Source: Ginglymostoma cirratum (lineage: Eukaryota). Taken from it: 64,000 bases of DNA. The notes under the pieces were generated by a model. The model was not told the origin of the DNA. It worked only from the letters and a program-made list of their open reading frames with translations, and made no database searches. Within the stretch, counting starts at the first letter, position 1. Each line of letters starts with the position of its first letter. The DNA is taken from assembly GCA_024137785.1 (NCBI GenBank), contig JAHRHZ010000139.1, forward strand, positions 38,719,447-38,783,446, written 5' to 3'. Below, piece by piece: positions 36,836-49,974 of the stretch. The translations under genes were made by a program, and so were the position numbers.

Positions 36836-37479
36836 TTACAATACATAACAGAATCCGTTATAAACTCCACAGAGAAACAATGCACCTTGTTCTAATGGCT
36901 ATCCTTCAAACATATGTGATGTGATATAGTTGTATAATCATACAGACTTAAGGAAGGAATTCAAACAATACATTAGATGCCAACAACTGCAGTAACTCAG
37001 TTGTAAGTAAATGTTGTAAGTAAACACACACATAATTTTAGAAGTATTAAATACTAACATTTGTCAAAAACATTTATTGCAAATTATTCTATTGTACAGT
37101 CAAGTTGAGACAACTGTGTGGATCAAGTGTGGATGTTTACTGAGCAGGAAAAAAAGGAAAAGGTTTTTTTTAACATGGTACTAAAGTCAAGATGATTAGG
37201 ACAATTATTTTGAGACTGATCTTTCACCAATCCCTACAACTGTTCAGAAGTAATTAGTATTAGGCAGGGTAGGAAATCAGAGAAGACATGCAACACTAGC
37301 CATTCACAGTAGTCCTTTGAAGTATTTGATGGACTCAAGGCTCAAAGAATCTTGAGTTAGGATAACCCCTGACAATTGTCAGTAAGTCCAAGTAGCCAGC
37401 CATGGGAACTTAATCATTCCACAACAAAATTCCCTACAAGGCAGACATCAATGAAGCAAAAAAAAAGGTAATCGTTCAT

Positions 37480-37910
37480 AATAATTCTTCTCATGACCTT
37501 CCAGACTGATGTCTCAAATGCTCAGCAGACAAGTTCTTGTAACATGCAATCACTGTTGTATTGTGGAAAACTAGCAGCTAATTTATATATAGCAAGGCCT
37601 GCAATAATAATAATAATATATCCAACTACAATGAAACATGGGAGAATTTTTTTTTAAAAACTTGTGCTTTGAGGAATGGATGTTGGCCAAGCTACTCAAA
37701 GGTGACATCTGCTTTTCTTAGTACCAAGGGATATTTTAAGTCCCCGTAAAGCTAGACGCCGGTTCAGTTTAAAAGTAACATCCACAGATTGTAACTGCCC
37801 AGCTTACCAATTCTTCGGTAACCGATTGAAGTGTTGATCTATATTACATGGCCAAGTCATTGTGACTTGAACGCACAACCAGCTCTGACAAAGACTGCAA
37901 TCACCGAGGA
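37480..37910 (-). mobile_element. Old SacSINE1/Deu-SINE-like SINE
   Basis: Degenerate match to 35790-36070. Confidence 0.5.
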
Positions 37911-38409
37911 AAAGAGCAACACCATATTAACTTAAGCTATCAGCATCACAAATTAAACAGACTACTTATATGTCAGTTCCAATCTAATTGCCACGGAGAG
38001 AGACTCAGCTAATGTGAAGCAGAGAAAATAAAAAATCAGATTAAGAATTGACAGAGTGAGCATTTTCTTAAAATATTTTGAGACCATGTTTGTCACCCCA
38101 CGTCATTACTCCCAAAACTCCAGACTAGAATCCCTCCAATTAGATTCCTACCCTGGTCACAGCACTGAAAAAGCTTTTACTGAAGTCATACATGACATTC
38201 AACGTGACCATGATAAAGGTAAACCTCTTGTCTTCAACTTCTCAACCTGCCTGCAGCCTTTGACATTGCTTACCATACCATCCCTCCAACACCACACTGT
38301 CATCCAATGTTTGAGACAACAGCAACTTAGTACCACTCTTAATTAATTTCACCAGAAATTTGCTTGCTGTTTCCATTTCTGCACTTCTCCATTACTTCTG
38401 ACACGCACC

Positions 38410-38710
38410 AATGATTTATTTTTGAGCCCCTCATATCTCTGAATTCCACCACGACAGATAGTGGGATTTGAGGATTCAATAAAATTTTGAATAAAAAGCT
38501 AACTAAATGACTATCATGTAGCCACTGTTGATTTTTTAAAACCACCTGGTTCACTAATGTCCTTTAGGGAAGAAAATCTGGTGGCCTTACCTAGTTTGGC
38601 TTGCAGAGCCAACAATGTGTTTGACTCTTAAACGTTCTCGGAGATGACCTAGCACAGCACTCAGGACAAGGGAAATAAGGGATAGACAATGAATAAAGTC
38701 ATTCAAACCC
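38410..38710 (+). mobile_element. SINE related to 5430-5768
   Basis: ctggttcactaatgtcctttagggaagaaaatctg shared. Confidence 0.65.
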
Positions 38711-38929
38711 ACAGCGTCTGTGTTTTTATTTGCAACAAGTCTCATCTCCTTATCATACTTGCGCTCACCGGCCAACTACAATGGTTCCCAGTCATATAAT
38801 GTTTTGATTTTAAGATTTTCACCCTTGCTTCAACTGCCTATATTAAGTCACTCTTTCTTTGAACTCCTCCAACCCCACTATCCTCAGCAATATCTATGCT
38901 CCTCTGATTCCAACTCTCTTTTTTTTTTC

Positions 38930-39279
38930 CATAGAGTCCCTACAGTATGGAGGCAAACCATTTGGTCCAACAGGTCCACACTGACGCTTCAAACAGCATT
39001 TCACCCAGACTCACCCTCCTACTCTATTCCTGTAACGCTGCACTTCCCATGGCTAATCCACCTAACTTACATATCCCCAGGCACAATGGACAATTTAACA
39101 GACTAATCCACCTAACCTGCACATCCTTGGACTGTGGGAGGAAACCGGAGCACCCGGAGGAAGCCCATGTAGAGGTGGGGAAAACGTGCAAACTCCATAC
39201 AGCAAGTCGCCCGCAGCTGGAACCAAACCCAGGTCCCTGGCAATGTGAGGCAGCAGTGCTAACCACTGAGCCGCTGTGC
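38930..39279 (-). mobile_element. Full-length HE1-like V-SINE
   Basis: Minus strand cacagcggctcagtggttagcactgctgcctcac (tRNA head), central cctccgggtgctccggtttcctcccacagtccaa domain, LINE-like tail. Confidence 0.9.
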
Positions 39280-39595
39280 TGACTGTTGTGCATTTGGAAT
39301 CGCAATTCGTTGGCCTTGCATTCAGCTGTATAGGTTCCAGGCTCTGGAACACCCTTCCTACAACTTTCTACCTTGCACTCCATCTACAGGTATTAAGAAA
39401 CCTCCCATCTTTGACCTAGTCTTTTTGTCAAGTGACCTAATGTAATGCTTGTGGTTAGAAGTCAAACTTTCGCCCATAAAACATCTTGAGCATTTTATTG
39501 GGATAATGGTGTAATGTAAGTGAATTCGTTGTTACTGTCAGCTGTAGAAAGCTGCCTTCCACTGAATGACAGATAATGTAGGTTGCAATTCATAC

Positions 39596-39624
39596 AGTCA
39601 GAGTCAGAGTCAGAGTCAGAGTCA
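39596..39624. repeat. (AGTCAG)n hexanucleotide repeat, ~5 units
   Basis: Seen directly. Confidence 0.9.
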
Positions 39625-40517
39625 TTTCAATGAGGACAATGGATTAAGTATTTGATATTAATCTCTCTGCTGAGTCTAGCATGTTTGCACAAATGTGAAG
39701 ATATTTTTCTAGGACAGTTCCATTTGTCAACACATTTCAAATGCAAGTACTGATGATAAGTCATTTATGATCCAAGTCCTGCAAGAAATCAATCATAAAA
39801 TGCTGTCAGGGCCTTGTGGTAGAAGTGTGTACAGGATCTGGAGTACGGTGTATCAAAAAAAATGCACTTTGCTCATCACAAATTGATTCAATATATGCAT
39901 CTACTCAAAAAATGTGACTTTGGAATAGTGAACTTGCTCAAGTTTGAGTACAAATAATTTTTGAAAAGTGAAAAGAAAGCTACATTAAAAAAAATTAAAA
40001 CATGTGAAAAAAGGATGCGCTTATTGACACAAATTGAAACATCCTGAACCAGTAATACCAAAAATAGCAGATCAGGCAATTTATGGTGAGAGAAAAAAAA
40101 ATTTATGTCACCAATCTGAAACGTTATCTATGTTTCCCTCTTCACAGATTCTGCCTGGCCAACCAAATATTTCCAGTTCTGTTATGTTTCAGATTTCCAA
40201 CACCTACAATTTTTTGATTTTTGGAATATCAAATATTTGTTTAGGTTGTGTTGAATAACAATAGAATTACTTTAATATGGAAAACTAAAGAGGACCATGG
40301 GTTACATGACAGCACAGTTAAAGCTAGAGAGATAGAGTCCCATATATTTCCATATTTAGGTGTGGATATTGGCTTTCTTACGGAGAAGTCGAAGAATACT
40401 TTGCTTGGGGAACCAGAAGGTATTTTTTAAAAAAGGAGAAAAACTGCAGAAAGGAGAATAAAAAAATGTCACTCCAAGTTAAATGTACTTCATGAGATTT
40501 TGGTACTTGTTGCTTAC

Positions 40518-40623
40518 CATGAAACAGCATTCTTTCATTTGAATGGTTGTGATTTTCTTCCGATACTTCTTTCCTTCGGTGTGTATATCTCTCCCAGAGT
40601 CTTTTATTACACACCCTTTGAAT
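40518..40623 (-). CDS. TNKS2: Tankyrase-2 exon ([13 protein letters not shown]...NERMLFH)
   Basis: 106 nt, AG/GT boundaries; catalytic His. Confidence 0.96.
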
Positions 40624-40714
40624 CTAAAATCATTTTCTGGTGAATTACCAATTCTAATTTGACATTACGGCAAAAATCAAAATGAGAGGAAAAATACAAT
40701 TACAAATTTAGTAC

Positions 40715-40789
40715 CTTCAATAAACTATATTTATTAAAGACTCCTCCAGCATGGCCACCATCCCGGTGCTCTCTCACGGTACTCTGCAT
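40715..40789 (-). CDS. TNKS2: Tankyrase-2 exon ([25 protein letters not shown])
   Basis: 75 nt, AG/GT boundaries. Confidence 0.95.
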
Positions 40790-40880
40790 CTGTAAAATGT
40801 TTATAACATTCAACCAAAAAAAGGCACTGCGAGTAATGGGCACTGCGTATTTTTAGCAGCATATAAAAATGAATGATCAC

Positions 40881-40978
40881 CTCTTCCGCAACAGATTGGA
40901 ATTCCTTATCTTCTGGTAGCAAATCAATCAGAATTGTACCACTGCTGGAAGTGTTTAAAGTTAGATATGGATTGATGC
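40881..40978 (-). CDS. TNKS2: Tankyrase-2 exon ([32 protein letters not shown])
   Basis: 98 nt, AG/GT boundaries. Confidence 0.95.
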
Positions 40979-41937
40979 CTGTTTTTTAAAGAAAAGGAAT
41001 TTATTACTTTTGATGTTTTTTGCATTTGACTTTTGTCTCCAAACTCAACCCCTCCTAATACAATCTATTCCCTTTGATTCAATGCCACTTAGCACAATTT
41101 GTCTTAAATGGATTTTTCCAGAAAATTCTCACAATGATGCCTTTTATCATATTTCAAGGGCAGCCACTCCCATCTGACCTCTGGAATTCAGCCCTTTTGT
41201 CCAGGTTTAGACTGAGGCTGAAATGAGGTCTAGAGTTGGATTGGCCCAGGTGGAACCTGAACTGAATACTGTTTTGCAGGTTGTTGCCTACCAAGTGCTG
41301 CTTGATAGCATGTCAGAGAAGCCTTACATCACTTAAGCACAAAGTGAGCTTCTGATGCTTAATTCAAATTAGTGAATAATCCCAATTCCTTTCTATAGAA
41401 TTTGCTGATATACTTTTGTGCTCCAAGTTTGCTTTCTTTTCAACCTTTTTCATAGGATACAGGTAGCTTAAACAGTAACATACCTAAAACAATCTAAGCA
41501 ATACAAATAAGAATACAGAGATCATGCTAGGCAAGGAGAAGGGTGGGAGCACAAGTTAAAAGTGTTTTGAATTCTCCACACACATTTCATTTTTTGCGAT
41601 ACTTTTAAAATTAGATATCAATGCAATATAGCAGCAAAATTCAAATAATGAGCAGTGGGAATGGTTATAAATATAGTGTTTAGTTTCTTTGCACATAATC
41701 ATTTGTGCTTGTAAATGCTTCAATCTACCACTGCCCAAGCAATTGCCAGTTTTGAGTATATAAAAATTAATGACAAGTCCTCTGAAAAGTAACAGTCATT
41801 GTCATGTTCGTGAGAGTTACTGCACGTACATTACTTAATTTACATATTAATCAAGAACCTCAAATTGAGTTCCATTAATAACTGAAGTATTAACAACAAT
41901 ATTTTATCATGAAATATGGTAGAAACAAATACTTTAC

Positions 41938-42058
41938 CTTGCTGCCCAGCTATTAGATGTTCAATTCTTTTAAGGATTTTATGTCTATGCCCATAAGCAT
42001 TTATTCCAATTTCTTTGAGCTCTTTATGTCCCATTTCAACCAATACATCTAACGTGAT
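41938..42058 (-). CDS. TNKS2: Tankyrase-2 exon, SAM domain ([27 protein letters not shown]...)
   Basis: 121 nt, AG/GT boundaries. Confidence 0.96.
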
Positions 42059-42702
42059 CTACGAATTAAGAATCACAAACATGCATTGGTGAGTGGTGAT
42101 ATAAGCTTTAACTATCAATTTAACATCAATACAAAAATGAACTGTTTAAAACAGCACAATCCTAAATCAACTGGTCCCAAGATAAACCATCAAAGCAATT
42201 AGAAATCAAGAGGCAAATGGGACTAGATCAGTTTACGATAACTGACAAGTTGGACTGAAGAGTCTGTTTCCACGCTGTATAACTCTATCACTTTGTGTCT
42301 CTATTAGTTGGAGGCCAGGAATTAAACGTTTGATTTAAATATTAAAATTGATACAAGTTTCACTGCCAAGACTGATAGTGTAAATGAGATGAAGGCTAAT
42401 CTGATGGCTGGTAAAACTAAACATAAAAATCTGCAGTAGTGTAAGGGAACAGATTGTCAAAGGATTAACAATCATGAGTGTACTGTACAATGATCCACAG
42501 AAATTTAAACCACCATGCTGTTGGAGAGAGTTGCAGGCAAGATTTGTACTTTAAATGGGCCTATGCCATACCTGACCTAATTACTACATGTATTAAAATG
42601 GGAAAATACACCAACCCCAAACTTCGGGGGAAAAAAAAACACTTACAAAGGGGAGAAATGGATACAAAAGCGATGAGAAAATAGATAATGCTATATGTTT
42701 AC

Positions 42703-42785
42703 CTGTTCTCTTTCAAATATTTCAGAGAGATGTTCAAGGCCCAAATTCCTCAAAAACTGATTAATAGTCATTTCTAATCCTGGAA
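42703..42785 (-). CDS. TNKS2: Tankyrase-2 exon, SAM domain start ([27 protein letters not shown])
   Basis: 83 nt, AG/GT boundaries. Confidence 0.93.
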
Positions 42786-43806
42786 CTGTAACAGAGGGGG
42801 AAAAAATAACACCCAATGATAATTGTCAAAGTAAGCATTTTTTCAAATATTTACAATAGATCCTCAACGTAGCAAATCGTTAGAAATCTGTAAAAGGTGC
42901 AAAACTCCTCGAAGATTTGCAGCCACGTAGCAACCAAAAAAGGTTCCAGGAATGTCTGTGCATAAATCACACCACACCTTTTGAACTGTGCAGCTGAGAA
43001 AAATGATTTAAAGGGGCTGGGTATGGAAATAAACGAAAAATAAATCATACAAAGAAATTAGATGACTAACTATTTAAACTCGCTTTCCCTACTTATTTAC
43101 ATTAGAAAATATTCTTCTATTTTCAGTGTTAATTTTACAGCATCTCAAAAACAATGTGACAATACAATTTTAAAATTAAAATTTCTGGTTTTTTTCAGAA
43201 GGGGATTGTGTAGGACACAGATGTTCTTAAAAATAAAATTGCAATGGTCTGCCCAGTGATACCATGCGTGTTCAAAACAGTCACTTTCATTTCAATAGAG
43301 GTCACATAATTTCTGATTTCAATTCATATCTTTGGCCATTCCAAATGTATTTCCCTAGGAGAAATGTCAATTGATTTTCCAATTGGGTTAGGTTTCTACC
43401 CTGTACTGGAATTACGTATTTCAGATTTTTGCTTTCTAAAAGTGCAATACCAAACAAAATTATTTCTCTATAATGGAATTAAAAATCTCTGCTGAAAAGA
43501 AAATATTTTCTCAATAGTAAGTGCCATTTAATATCATCACATACTATAATAGACAGAAAATAGGTCATGACAACAGGAAGCCTGGACAATGTTACAAATG
43601 TCAAAAGTCAAAGTAGTATTTAATTTCAACAAAGTTAGTATCAAGTAATTCAACACAGATATTAGGTATTGTCTGTGCAAAAACAGCAGTAATAGTAGCT
43701 CTTAAAATTCAAATATAAAACAGCTCCACAGGGAAAATGAATGTATAGTGCTAAGTCCTAATAGTTATTTAAAATTAAATTTATTAAAACGAATTTTTTT
43801 TTTTAC

Positions 43807-44062
43807 CTTTTTTTTCTAAACTAGCAATTCCTTCTGCACCACAAACATCGCTACTGGCAGCCTGTTCAGGGAAACTAGTTTTAAGGTTATCAAGGCTATT
43901 TGCGGCAGACAGGTTTGCTGGGGTTGACGAAATAGAGGGCAACAAAGAGGTTGCAGATCCTGTTGGTTTGGATGTGTTGATGACAACAGCTTGAGGCTTG
44001 TAGCAAGATGGCAGGGCAGAAGGAGGCATCGCAGCAATCAGCAAGGCTCGGACATCATCAGC
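43807..44062 (-). CDS. TNKS2: Tankyrase-2 exon, ANK-SAM linker (ADDVRALLIAAMPPSALPSCYKPQ...SLEKK)
   Basis: 256 nt, AG/GT boundaries. Confidence 0.94.
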
Positions 44063-44685
44063 CTGTGCGTGAAGGCAATTTAAAAGAAACATCAGTACAA
44101 ACTATTATTCAATTGTAATGACAAATTGTCTCAGCTTGAAGATCAGACATTGATAAAGTTAGTCTATGAATTGGTCACACCAATAAACTCATAATTTACT
44201 TTCCAATAAGTGCAATACAGAAAGCCATTTTAAGAAAACTGTTCTAGGAAATTCGTCTTTATCCTGACAAGTAACTGCAAATCAAGTCATAATTTGTTAA
44301 AACATACAATGAAAACACCTTTCTGCTGTGTAATGTTACAGTAAAACTTAAAATGTTAGATGGATACCACTAAATTGCAGAGAAACAGTAAAGGTCATTT
44401 TAAAAAATTCTTTTCCAATGGGTATTGCATTATTGTGCTAAGATCAGTAAAAAGATACAACTGTACTGATATCTTGTGTACAAATCATCCAAATGAACAT
44501 TTTCATTTAGGTCCAATTTGTCAAGAAAAAGAAATGTAGCAATACTCTGCTTTATCTGCTACACAATCAAAACGTAACTGTAATTATTCCATTTTTATTC
44601 AATTTAATATGTGGTCATTTTTAAATTATCACATCACAGGAATTATAAAATGTTTAACAAAACTTTACCTTAATTAAATACTTAC

Positions 44686-44874
44686 AGTGACTAGGTCTAA
44701 TGGTGTTTGCCCTTCCTGATTTTTCATTGTGGGGTCAGCTCCATGTGCTAGTAATAGTGCGCACAGTTGCGTCCGTCCTTTCTGGGCTGCTTCATGAAGG
44801 GGAGTAAAAGCCCATTTGTCTGTTGCATTTACGCAAGCATTATATTTTATTAACATTGCTGCCACATCCACATG
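44686..44874 (-). CDS. TNKS2: Tankyrase-2 ankyrin exon ([12 protein letters not shown]...QTPLDLVT)
   Basis: 189 nt, AG/GT boundaries. Confidence 0.96.
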
Positions 44875-47829
44875 CTGCAAGCAAAAGAAAATTGCATGTT
44901 AGTTCTCGTTTTGTTTAAAATTAAATAAAATAAATAGCATGAATGTCTATCAAATACACGCACTATCTACAAGAGACAACAGTATCAAAACTCTACATAA
45001 ATAAACATTTCATCCAGAATGGCCAACAGGAAATTATTTCAAGGTGGCAATTTCTAACAACAGATAAACATCTCACATGCCTCTTTTAATGTTCATGATC
45101 TATACAGCAGCACCATTTAATATCATACTTCCAATTAATGGATGTTAGCAATACATTCAAAGAGTAACTAAACGAGCAATCCCAGAACAGCAACTCCTCT
45201 GAATACTGGAATCAAACGATAATGGTTTTAGGCTGGCTCATCTAACTTAAATCATTTACAGGTCACGATTTTTAAGCAATCATATTCAGCCATGTTGGAT
45301 TAGATTTGTCTCCCGATAAAATTATGCTCTTGTTGACAGTGGTTTATGTTTTTTGTACAGGTCAATACCAAACAGGGAAAAAAAAAACAATTGATAACAG
45401 AATCCCAAATTAGAGATTTAATACTGTTACCTTTTACTTCTAGCCAACCCTTAAAAGTTAACAATATGAACTGGTTTCCCCAAAGAGTGACAATCACACT
45501 CAGATTGGCACACCATTCCTTTACATTTTAACAATAACAGCAAGCTTCACATTTTGCACAGCAGATTCTGATCAGAGATCTTTCAGAAACAGGGAGTGCA
45601 AATCTGACAGATCCCTTATTTTGCAGGATAGTTGGGGGAAGGCAAACCATGCCTCCTTTTCACAGCAGTTAGCTGTCGCACTGTGAGATTTAAATGGCCA
45701 ACATCACAGGAACAGCCAAAAGTGGTTTTATATGAAGTACACAAGGCAAGTGTGACAGCAGGGTGCAGGGTTGCAAGTTGGAAAGGGAGCCAGGGAAGTG
45801 ACGGAACATCTAAGAATGGAGAGTGCACGGGGGCCTGGGCCTGGAATTCTATGAATGGGAGAGGAGGGTGTATATTTGGCAATTTCAGGGCTGGACTAGG
45901 GGTATAGGATGGAATCAAGGCAGGCTCGTGGGGTGTAGCTTAGGGGTGAGTGGATTTGGGATTGGTTGGGCAGGGGGAAGCTGTGGTGTCAGTTTAAACA
46001 TTAACAAGGAATTAGACTAGGTTTTCAACTGTCTAACAGTTCCTGAATAACTTTTAAGTGCAGCAGAACCAAACCATCTATCTGCACAAATGACTAACTG
46101 GTCATTGGAAAATCTGGGCCAATATGTTTGCATATTAAGCAAAAACAATTGTCTTCACAGTTCCAGATGCCTATGCTAAGTATCAATACGTCACTCTTAC
46201 TGGTCACAAACTTTTGCAAAGAATTGTCAAAAATCTGTTGACTAAAATCAGACTGGGCTTGAAATTTCGCACAGCACATCCTTTTTCCTGGGGATAAGTG
46301 CACAAGTCTCTTTTTGCACTGCAGGAAATGTATGCACCTTCCACGTGGGGTTACCAATTACTGCTTTTGTCTGTTACCTCCTAACCAATTCCCTACCCAA
46401 GCCAATACGGTAACTAATTCCACATGTGCTCCATTTTGCTTTGTCTCTTATTTGGAACCTTGTCAAATGTTTTCTGCAAGCATACATAAATATTATCTAC
46501 AGAAATCCTTTATCTATTAACTTTGGTCACCTCCACAAAACAAAACTCAGCCATTACAACTATCAGGTCTCTCTGATCAGCTTGTATTTGCTCAAATGTT
46601 CAGTCACTCTGCCTCTAATAATAGTTTGTTAACTTCCCTACAAGTAATGATAGAAGAATGGGTGTACCATTTTCCAGCTACCTTTTAAAACTTCTTAAAA
46701 AGAAAGCAGTGACATGGTCTAGATGGCGGTCAGGTTGGTGCACGATGAAATAGTAAGTAATGGCATGTCAGTATCTCCAATTTTCACAAGGCTTGTAATG
46801 GGAATAGATAGCAAAATGATAACAAACAGTGAGATCACACAATTTGCACCAGATTTGAAGTGACGAAGAGCAAAATTTGACTTTGTAAAATGGTGATGCC
46901 AGGGTTGGCAGGAAGCTCATTTATTTTATCTGCAAGCCTCATCATGGCTCCTTCACTCAACCATGGCATTAGGATCACACTTCTGGGTTCCTGTGATAAT
47001 GATTTTCTTCAGTCAAAGGAAGGATTTCTAGTTAAAGGATCCTTCACAGTGATCAGAAAGGCAAAACAGTGCATTGTTTCAGCAACCAAAGGAATGGCAA
47101 ATAAATGAAGCAAAGATGCTCTCTGCGTCTCTGACTCAGGCCCAGACGTCCTGCTGTGGCTTCTGAGGGGCTGACGTAACGTGATACTCCCTTGGAAATA
47201 CGAGACCAGCTTCTCAAACTAAGCAGTTGTAGTTGCAAGTGATTGGGGAAGCTGGGAGAAATGTGGCCCTTTAAATCTGGATACAGTGCCTCTAACAGGT
47301 CAATGATCTCAGAAGGACAGGAAAGAAAGGTGGCATATCAAGTATTGACTGTTCAGATGAACATGTGCTATCCTCTGCTCATAGTTCCCATCTTAAATTG
47401 GAGTCACGTTCTCCTATCCTCATGGTTCCTTTCTGACACTTACAACTCTCTGCTCTGTCTCCCTGCAGAAGAGAGCGCAACTTGGAACAGGCAGACAATT
47501 GGGAATGGCCCTCCATTGATAGCTAGTAACAATGCATACCCATGAGGTACTGTGACCGAAGTCATGCTCTAAAGAAGATAGCTGATATGAAAATTTGAGC
47601 CTCACGTTGTTCAGGGGCGCTGAGAAAGCTGATCCTCTATATTGCCTCCTCAAGCTGGACCTGTGTTCCTATGCTGTAAAAACTGACAACTGTAAATCAG
47701 TTGAATGTGAGTAAAATCCAAAGTAGATCAAATGACCTCCTCAAAAGTGGCAAGTTACTTGTGACAGTGAAATTTTTTTCTCTGAGCAATTAATCTAGGC
47801 ATGAATCTTCACATAAGCAGCTCTCTGTA

Positions 47830-48550
47830 TGTCAATATTTACTAGTCTCTCACCTTTTAAAAGAAGTTCTGCTGTTCTGTTCATTTTCCCAAAGTGGATA
47901 TTTTCATATTTTCACATTTTCCCATATTATATTCCTATCTGTCACCTTCTTTCCAACTTGCTTAACATATGTCCCTTTGCAGACGGTGTTGTCCTCAAAG
48001 CTTACTTTCCCACCTAGTTCTCTACTGTCAGCAAACCTAGATTCACTGCATCAGCTAAGTAATTAAGAGAATTTGTAAATAGTTCAGCCCCAAGCACTGA
48101 CCACTGCAACAGAATCACAACTTGTCAACACGAAAATAACTCGATTACCCAATTGATTTCTGGCCTTAATCCTCACTAATGTTAACATATCAGCCGCAGG
48201 CTCCACATCTTCTCCAACAACTATTCCACCTTTTAATTTTGGCTTTTCCAAAGCCATTTTCAAGAATCAATTTCCCTTTAGCTACCCTGCTCATTACACA
48301 CTCAAAAGAAAGCTAACTAATTTTCACCAGCAAGATTTCCTTTCACATAAGCTGCTGACTCTACTTGCTCGTAAGTGTGTAAATGCCCTGTTACCATATC
48401 CGTTAAATAAACCCTATTATTCATTTCAGACTAATTGGGTCTATATTTCCACATTTCTCTCTCCCTTCCTTCTTCATATCAAGATTCCATATGTTATCTT
48501 CCATTTTAGAATCCAGGATATTTTCAAAGATTGAAAGCAATGCACTCACT
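47830..48550 (-). mobile_element. Decayed CR1 RT fragment
   Basis: Reverse complement of FADD-/QGSVLG-region sequence (gtcagcaaacc, cagccccaagcactgacc). Confidence 0.6.
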
Positions 48551-48873
48551 ACTTCTGGGATAATTTTTAGAAAATATAAAATAAAAAGGCTTCAATATAC
48601 CAGACAACCTTGCAATATGGTATGGATTAGAAGACAGTGTTAATACAGCACAACTGAATTGCTTGGTCCCCTGAATATTTATCTAAGTAGTACAACCAAA
48701 AATCAAAGAAAAAAAGTTCGACTTAAACACGTGAACATCTTAAATGAATACCTATAAATTTCCTCAGTGACACTGAAGCAGATTACCAGGCGCAGTAACT
48801 TAATCAATTTGATTTGTTGTTTTAATTACCAAGAAAACCAGTTAATTTAGTATAGTATTGCATATCCTCTTAC

Positions 48874-48983
48874 CCCATATGAAGCAGCATTATGTAAAGG
48901 AATTAGTCCACCTTTGTCTTGCGCATTCACATCAGCACCATGTTGCAGTAGATATTCTGCAACCTCGAGATTGTTGTACCCAG
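48874..48983 (-). CDS. TNKS2: Tankyrase-2 ankyrin exon ([36 protein letters not shown])
   Basis: 110 nt, AG/GT boundaries. Confidence 0.96.
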
Positions 48984-49974
48984 CTGTTAGACAAACGATA
49001 GTGGATGACAATTGAAAAGTTAGATTCACTCTAACGTTAACACATAGAGAATAAAAACGCAGCATTTCAAAATCCATAAGTAGACAAGATGTTATCTATA
49101 GCCTTCCCATACTTTCTACAGTTCTGAGCAAAACAGTGTATTTTTCAGGTTTATCACAGTAGTTCAAAACTTGACAAAATGCACATCTACCAATCCTAAC
49201 TAAGCTTAGATGTTCGATTTAAATTTTTGATATTCATACCTCACATACATCTCATTTATATAATTTATTCAGATATATAGGCAAGGAAACCAATAAGTTA
49301 TACTCATTTGCTTGTTAATTGTGTTTTTAAAAAAAATCTTGATTTTAGTTAAAAGCCAAATTATGAAATGTCACTTTAATGTTAGTTTGCATCGAGAACA
49401 GTTAGCAAGAGGTAAAAATTCGAACTTGCTCCTGAACAACTCCAAATCAGAAGAACAAATCACGTAGATAATATAACATTTGCTCTATATATTATATGTT
49501 ATGTGCATAAGTATAATGGCAAATTGTTTTGAAAACAGCACAAGGAAGTACAAATGCAATAGGTCATTCTTGCTTTTGTACTTAATATGTCATCTCAATG
49601 AAATATTTGGACAACTTATTGAAATGAGGTGCTATACTTGCCATAATAGCACAACTCATAATTAATCAGTTCAATGGATGAAAAATTTTAGTCAAGGCTC
49701 CATCTGCCAATACAAAAAAAAACTGTTTCTCTAGTACAAATACTGTTTTTGATGACATCCCATTAAGCATCATCCACTGTTGGATGGTTCAGATGGGAAG
49801 GTGAAGAATCTGAATTACTTAGAAAAAGATTATGGTGACTTCAATAGAAAAAAAAAATTGATGACAGATAAATACACTTCAAATTTGATGAAAATGTTAA
49901 GCAACCTATAGGTTATGATATTTGATAAATACAATCAGAAGCCAGGTTAAAAACCTTTGGCAAAGAATAGCTAT

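Larger units (their letters stand above)
38120..39420 (+). mobile_element. L2-type LINE fossil interrupted by two SINEs
   Basis: YPGHSTEKAFTEVIHDI...LSAAFD-like RT motif at 38140-38280; L2-like 3' sequence resumes at 38720-38910 and 39280-39420. Confidence 0.65.

Noticed and set aside
39200-39279. tRNA genes at SINE heads (also 21120-21190, 30352-30420, 59620-59682)
   Set aside because: A/B-box-like heads continue into SINE bodies; no complete cloverleaf
42779-42787. Alternative acceptor 6 nt downstream (cag|TTCCAG)
   Set aside because: In-frame and possible, but the sequence gives no evidence of use
45610-47700. GC-richer intronic segments with ORFs as a nested gene
   Set aside because: Look like decayed DNA-transposon/MITE sequence; no coherent protein and ends cannot be defined
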